Origin: an uncultured virus (IMG/VR IMGVR_UViG_3300008266_000310)
Lineage: Duplodnaviria > Heunggongvirae > Uroviricota > Caudoviricetes
IMG/VR virus record: IMGVR_UViG_3300008266_000310
Length of the DNA stretch: 64,000 nt
Strand: one strand, 5' to 3'
The notes under the pieces are model-generated. The model was not told the DNA's origin and searched no databases. It was given only the letters and a program-made list of their open reading frames with translations. A program made the translations under genes and the position numbers. Positions 60,199-64,000 of this stretch are shown piece by piece. Numbering within the stretch: position 1 is the stretch's first letter; each line of letters begins with the position of its first letter.

Positions 60199-60626
60199 TA
60201 GTTAGTAAAAGTTGATTTTGACAAACAAGTGGTTTTTAATTGCGACTTTATTCTTGTAGCTTGAGAACTCAACACCTTACTCTCTTTTACGATACCGGGT
60301 ATTGAAGTTTCGAGTTCTTTTTCCGACATCTTAGCTAGAGCATCACTCAGGGCTTTTATTGCATCTAACAAATCCCCTAACTGCTTTACTGTTTTAGCTC
60401 CTAGTAGAATAGGGTCTCCGTTTTTTTCAGCTTGATAACCTAATTCAATCTTAGGTGAAACTAGTATCGTTCTTTCGTTAGCATCTACAGTGAATGTAGC
60501 AGGTGACGAGATTGATACTCCCTTCTTACCGAATAAGAATACGAAGTCGTCATAGGAGTGGTGTACTACTCTCCCTGAAGAGATAATAACTTGATTACCT
60601 GTGTATGGGAATTGTGGTACGTACAT
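60198..60626 (-). CDS. Baseplate hub/spike-like protein (gp5 C-terminal-like)
   Basis: GNQVIISSGRV, beta-strand repeats, IELG....PILLG. Confidence 0.45.
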   Translation of the reverse strand: MYVPQFPYTGNQVIISSGRVVHHSYDDFVFLFGKKGVSISSPATFTVDANERTILVSPKIELGYQAEKNGDPILLGAKTVKQLGDLLDAIKALSDALAKMSEKELETSIPGIVKESKVLSSQATRIKSQLKTTCLSKSTFTN

Positions 60627-61570
60627 TAGGAACTAATTCTTTTATCTTGATCTAGAGGAGATAGACTGTCATAACTTGCTAGCTGCTGTTGTACAGGTAT
60701 AGCAGTTGTAACTATTCTCTCCAGAGATACTTGTAGACTTGTTAAAGTAAAATTGTTTTGTATATCATCTATAACTACTCTTTGCCCAGAAGTTAAATAG
60801 ATAGAAGAAGGATCCCTGTTGATATCTTCCACAGTAGGAACCCATGCAGTAGGGTCTACTTGCTTTCCTTGACCGTTTCTAATAATAGTAATTGGATCTC
60901 CAATCGATCCTGTGGATGACCAATTATTCTCTTTTCTGTTTGCTGTAGTAGACCCAAACCTAATTGAATTACCCCATCTTCCTTCTACAGTAACATCTCC
61001 TACGAAAGGTCTTAATGCTTTTATAGTTGACGATTCATTAAATTCTGGATTTAAAGGGTAGTTACCGGATTGAGTTACAGAGAGGTTAGCTGGTTGATTT
61101 AACTCTAAAGACTGACCGTAAGTCCTTTCATTGGAGTTGGCGTACTCGTCTAGATCCCCTAAATCAGGAAAAGCATTGTGATGGCTAGCATTCCATAAAT
61201 TAAACGGAGCTAAATAGTAGTACTGTTGTTGCCCTCTATTTTCGTTTAACTTTGGACTAGGACCAGGAATAAGTAGTACTAATTCTCCTTCCAGAGGTAA
61301 GTGTTTTACTGCGGAGTTAGCCGGTTTGGCTACTGGATTTCCTCCGCTCTGTAAAGTTCTATCTTGAACACCTTGTATCAACTGATACGTAATGTTACCT
61401 ATGTCGGTAGGATTTGTATAATACGGGTCTTTTGTAGTTGATGCAGCATAGTTAGGACCGACCACAACATGAGTTACTCGTCCTAGTAAGTAAGGTGCTT
61501 TTGGACGAGGAGCGTTTTGAGTAGTTTGAGCTACACTTTGAACAAAGGTAGTATTTAGGCTAGTTGCCAT
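60626..61570 (-). CDS. Baseplate hub-like protein (gp5 N-terminal-like)
   Basis: HLPLEGELVLL, YYY, GDVTVEGRWGNSIRFGS, PITIIRNGQ, SSIYLTS. Confidence 0.5.
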   Translation of the reverse strand: MATSLNTTFVQSVAQTTQNAPRPKAPYLLGRVTHVVVGPNYAASTTKDPYYTNPTDIGNITYQLIQGVQDRTLQSGGNPVAKPANSAVKHLPLEGELVLLIPGPSPKLNENRGQQQYYYLAPFNLWNASHHNAFPDLGDLDEYANSNERTYGQSLELNQPANLSVTQSGNYPLNPEFNESSTIKALRPFVGDVTVEGRWGNSIRFGSTTANRKENNWSSTGSIGDPITIIRNGQGKQVDPTAWVPTVEDINRDPSSIYLTSGQRVVIDDIQNNFTLTSLQVSLERIVTTAIPVQQQLASYDSLSPLDQDKRISS

Positions 61571-61925
61571 TCGTTATCGCTTTAATCTCGTCTTCTTTTA
61601 GTGGTACAGTTGTTTTTTGAATATCGCTAAATAGGATTTCTAGATCTTTTTCGTTAAAGAGTCCATCAGCGGCTTCAGTACTTTGATTTGCTTTTTGTAA
61701 TATTTGAGCTAACTTAACTAAAGCTTCGTCATTTTTTATATCAGAATCTAAGTAACCTTTAATTAAAGGCACTACCATAACAGCGTCGCCAGGTTCACTA
61801 ACCATATCAACTAACTGGTCTGTTAGTAACTTAATTTGGCTTTGCTTTGCTTTATGATTCTTAACAATATCTTTTACTAAGTCGTTATATTTTTTCCCGT
61901 CGTATATTTCAAAATCAAGGCTCAT
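61560..61925 (-). CDS. Hypothetical helical protein
   Basis: ORF track. Confidence 0.65.
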   Translation of the reverse strand: MSLDFEIYDGKKYNDLVKDIVKNHKAKQSQIKLLTDQLVDMVSEPGDAVMVVPLIKGYLDSDIKNDEALVKLAQILQKANQSTEAADGLFNEKDLEILFSDIQKTTVPLKEDEIKAITNGN

Positions 61926-61938
61926 AAGACTATTTTAA

Positions 61939-61946
61939 AATAAATA
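61939..61946 (-). promoter_or_regulatory. Putative late promoter motif TATTTATT
   Basis: Plus strand aataaata between the sigma gene stop and ATG 61925. Confidence 0.55.
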
Positions 61947-61947
61947 G

Positions 61948-62721
61948 CTAGCGAGAAAAAATATCAATTTCAGTACCTTTCTCTAAATAATCATTGAGCA
62001 TCTCCTTATAAACTTCCTTTAACACCTTTATTACCTTAGTAATCACTGGTGTAGGTGCGTCAGTAATCTCCTTTATGTATATAAAAAGTGCTTTCTTATT
62101 GAATATGTCAATATTTTCTCTCCGCTTAAATAACTCTAAAATAGCATCTCCAACCCGAGCTTCTTGTGGTTTTGTAAATAATTCTAAAAGATCTCTATCT
62201 ATACGTGCGATAAACAAGTTGATAAACGTTACCTCTTCTAACAGTCCCGTGTCGTTCTTTAAAAGCTCGTTAGTAATTGTCTTATCAGTATCTACATCGT
62301 CTACCGCTGCTCTACCTTTCAGCCTTTTATAGTTGTTGTTGTTATATACAATAAGATACCTTTTTGCAATAGTTCCAAAGTACGAATAAGCCTTGCCTTT
62401 GGTTTGATCATACAAGTGTAATTTCTCAAGAAGAAAAGCAATTACTTCGTGCTTGAGTTCATTAATATTACTAACTTCGGTGTAATAGAACTTAAACGTA
62501 TGTATAATATTCTCTGCAAGTTTGTAGAAAGCAAAATATATTCTCTCATTAAAGATCTTATCTCTAATAGCCTGTACCTTCTCTTCTCTGTAATCTAGAA
62601 TAGCTTGCTGAGTATCTAAAGTAAAATAGTCTATAGATTTTTTAGGTCTTCTCTTCCTGACCTTACCGTCTTTTGTAAGCGCAACTTCTAATTCCTCTAC
62701 CTTAAAAATATCTTCTACCAT
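61948..62721 (-). CDS. Late-transcription sigma factor (T4 gp55-like)
   Basis: YFT, KLAENII..FKFY, LHLYDQTKGKAYSYFGTIAKRYLI resembles sigma region 2 of gp55-type factors (FD..K..AFAYFT.I). Confidence 0.65.
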   Translation of the reverse strand: MVEDIFKVEELEVALTKDGKVRKRRPKKSIDYFTLDTQQAILDYREEKVQAIRDKIFNERIYFAFYKLAENIIHTFKFYYTEVSNINELKHEVIAFLLEKLHLYDQTKGKAYSYFGTIAKRYLIVYNNNNYKRLKGRAAVDDVDTDKTITNELLKNDTGLLEEVTFINLFIARIDRDLLELFTKPQEARVGDAILELFKRRENIDIFNKKALFIYIKEITDAPTPVITKVIKVLKEVYKEMLNDYLEKGTEIDIFSR

Positions 62722-62993
62722 TACCTTCTATTAAATTGATTTAGCGCTTCTTGAATTGCTTTTAGATTTTGAAAAACTGTTTGAAGTTCTTTATCACTCT
62801 CAAGCCATATTTTATCATCTAAGTTTTTTAAAGCTCTATCAGACTCTCCTATTAAGGATTGTAGCCCTGATATAAAACTAGCTTGATTTATTACAGTAGT
62901 TTCTAACTTTTCATTCTTACGGTACAGGTTAAAAATAACCCAACCTACTACAGTAGATGCCCATAAGGCGATCATTATCCATCCAAATACCAT
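62721..62993 (-). CDS. Small membrane-anchored coiled-coil protein
   Basis: N-terminal hydrophobic helix FGWIMIALWASTVVGWVIFNL. Confidence 0.65.
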   Translation of the reverse strand: MVFGWIMIALWASTVVGWVIFNLYRKNEKLETTVINQASFISGLQSLIGESDRALKNLDDKIWLESDKELQTVFQNLKAIQEALNQFNRR

Positions 62994-62994
62994 A

Positions 62995-63798
62995 CTACAG
63001 TCCTTTTAGTGCGTTTAATAATCCGGGATTATTCTTACCAATATTGGTTAGTTTTTTAGCTTCAGCTTGTTGTTTATATTGAGTAGGAGTAGCAGGCTTT
63101 ACTTCTTTTGGCTTAGTAGGAGTAGCAGGCTTTACTTCTTTTGGCTTAACAGCACCTACCTTATTGATCCACTCTTTCTCCCACTCTACCCTCGCGGCTA
63201 TTATATCAGCTTGATGTAATATCAAAGGTAATGAGGTCCTTAATTTTGATTCACTATGACTAGAGATAAGATATGCTTTATTCCCTTCGTCGTAGAGTCC
63301 ATCGTGAGTTTTAATAGCAATAAACTCATTAATAGACATCAGAATTCCATTAGCTTGTAATGTATATAAGGAACTATCTTGAATTAGAATAAAAGGAAGT
63401 TCTACATTAGGCTTATAGTTTGCACCTTGGTTCTTAACGTGCCATTCGGAGTCGTTAGGTATATATGCGGGTTTTCCGTCAAATCCTAATTTCCCTAAGT
63501 CGTGATTAATTGCCGAGAATACTAATTCCTCTTCCGTGAAGTTGATAGTCGCTCCCATTTCTTCCCATAAGCTTCGAACTTTCAAAGCCGCTTCTACAAC
63601 TCTAATAACATGGTCTACATAACCGCCCGGAAAGGAGTTATGATACGATGCTCTAGAAGAAGCCGGGGCTAGTGCTAGATTTTCTTCTTGTTGCTGGTAC
63701 AGAGCTAGTAGTTTAGAAGCTCTAGGCTCTGGAATATACTCCTCGATTATTGAGTAAAATCGCTGTAGATTAGTTTGAATTTGTTCTGCTGATAACAT
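62995..63798 (-). CDS. HD-domain phosphohydrolase (YhaM-like)
   Basis: APAS...YHNSFPGGYVDHVIRV, NHDLGK, THDG, LHQAD. Confidence 0.85.
   Translation of the reverse strand: MLSAEQIQTNLQRFYSIIEEYIPEPRASKLLALYQQQEENLALAPASSRASYHNSFPGGYVDHVIRVVEAALKVRSLWEEMGATINFTEEELVFSAINHDLGKLGFDGKPAYIPNDSEWHVKNQGANYKPNVELPFILIQDSSLYTLQANGILMSINEFIAIKTHDGLYDEGNKAYLISSHSESKLRTSLPLILHQADIIAARVEWEKEWINKVGAVKPKEVKPATPTKPKEVKPATPTQYKQQAEAKKLTNIGKNNPGLLNALKGL
63082..63147. repeat. Exact 33-bp tandem duplication (KPKEVKPATPT x2)
   Basis: agtaggagtagcaggctttacttcttttggctt twice. Confidence 0.9.
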
Positions 63799-63854
63799 AC
63801 TTTTAGGTTTATCTAACTAATATATTACCTTTTGAGAAGAATAGCAACTAAATC

Positions 63855-64000
63855 TTAGAAAGATTCTTGTTCGGTATTAACTAACGTCTGTACTTCTTGG
63901 ATCTTTTCCCTTAATGATTCTACAACTTGTTGAAATTGCTCTCTTGTAAAATTCTGAGATAAAAGGGAATTTAACCTACTTACAGAGTTGTCTAGAGCCT
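63855..64000 (-). CDS. 3' end of a hypothetical protein entering from the right edge
   Basis: Read by hand: ...ALDNSVSRLNSLLSQNFTREQFQQVVESLREKIQEVQTLVNTEQESF*. Confidence 0.6.
   Translation of the reverse strand, partial: ALDNSVSRLNSLLSQNFTREQFQQVVESLREKIQEVQTLVNTEQESF

Overview
A 64-kb segment of a large, AT-rich T4-like (myovirus-type, probably jumbo) bacteriophage genome. Essentially every real gene lies on the minus strand, and the standard genetic code fits. In transcription order (right to left) the window holds: an HD-domain protein, a gp55-like late sigma factor, baseplate genes (gp5-like, gp25, gp6) and Ser/Thr-rich structural proteins. Next comes a structural gene that appears split around a mucin-like Thr tract and a three-gene glycan-modification cassette. 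Then follow a GIY-YIG protein, primase, a YqaJ-type exonuclease, a cytidylyltransferase-like protein, an array of small proteins sharing MIKLxDILxE-type leaders, a GH19 endolysin, terminase, portal, prohead protease, scaffold, major capsid protein, PhoH, neck/terminator proteins and three very long repeat tail-fibre genes. Most notable: (1) a putative phage-encoded protein O-glycosylation system (GT95/GT96-like transferase, FkbM-like methyltransferase, lectin-fused GT) beside a mucin-like virion protein; (2) candidate capsid-targeting leaders on effector-like cargo; (3) a late-promoter-like motif TATTTAT that is the reverse complement of the T4 late promoter. Several abrupt deletion junctions (terminase ATPase, one tail fibre) may be assembly artefacts. 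All product calls come from motif recognition by eye; no searches were run.
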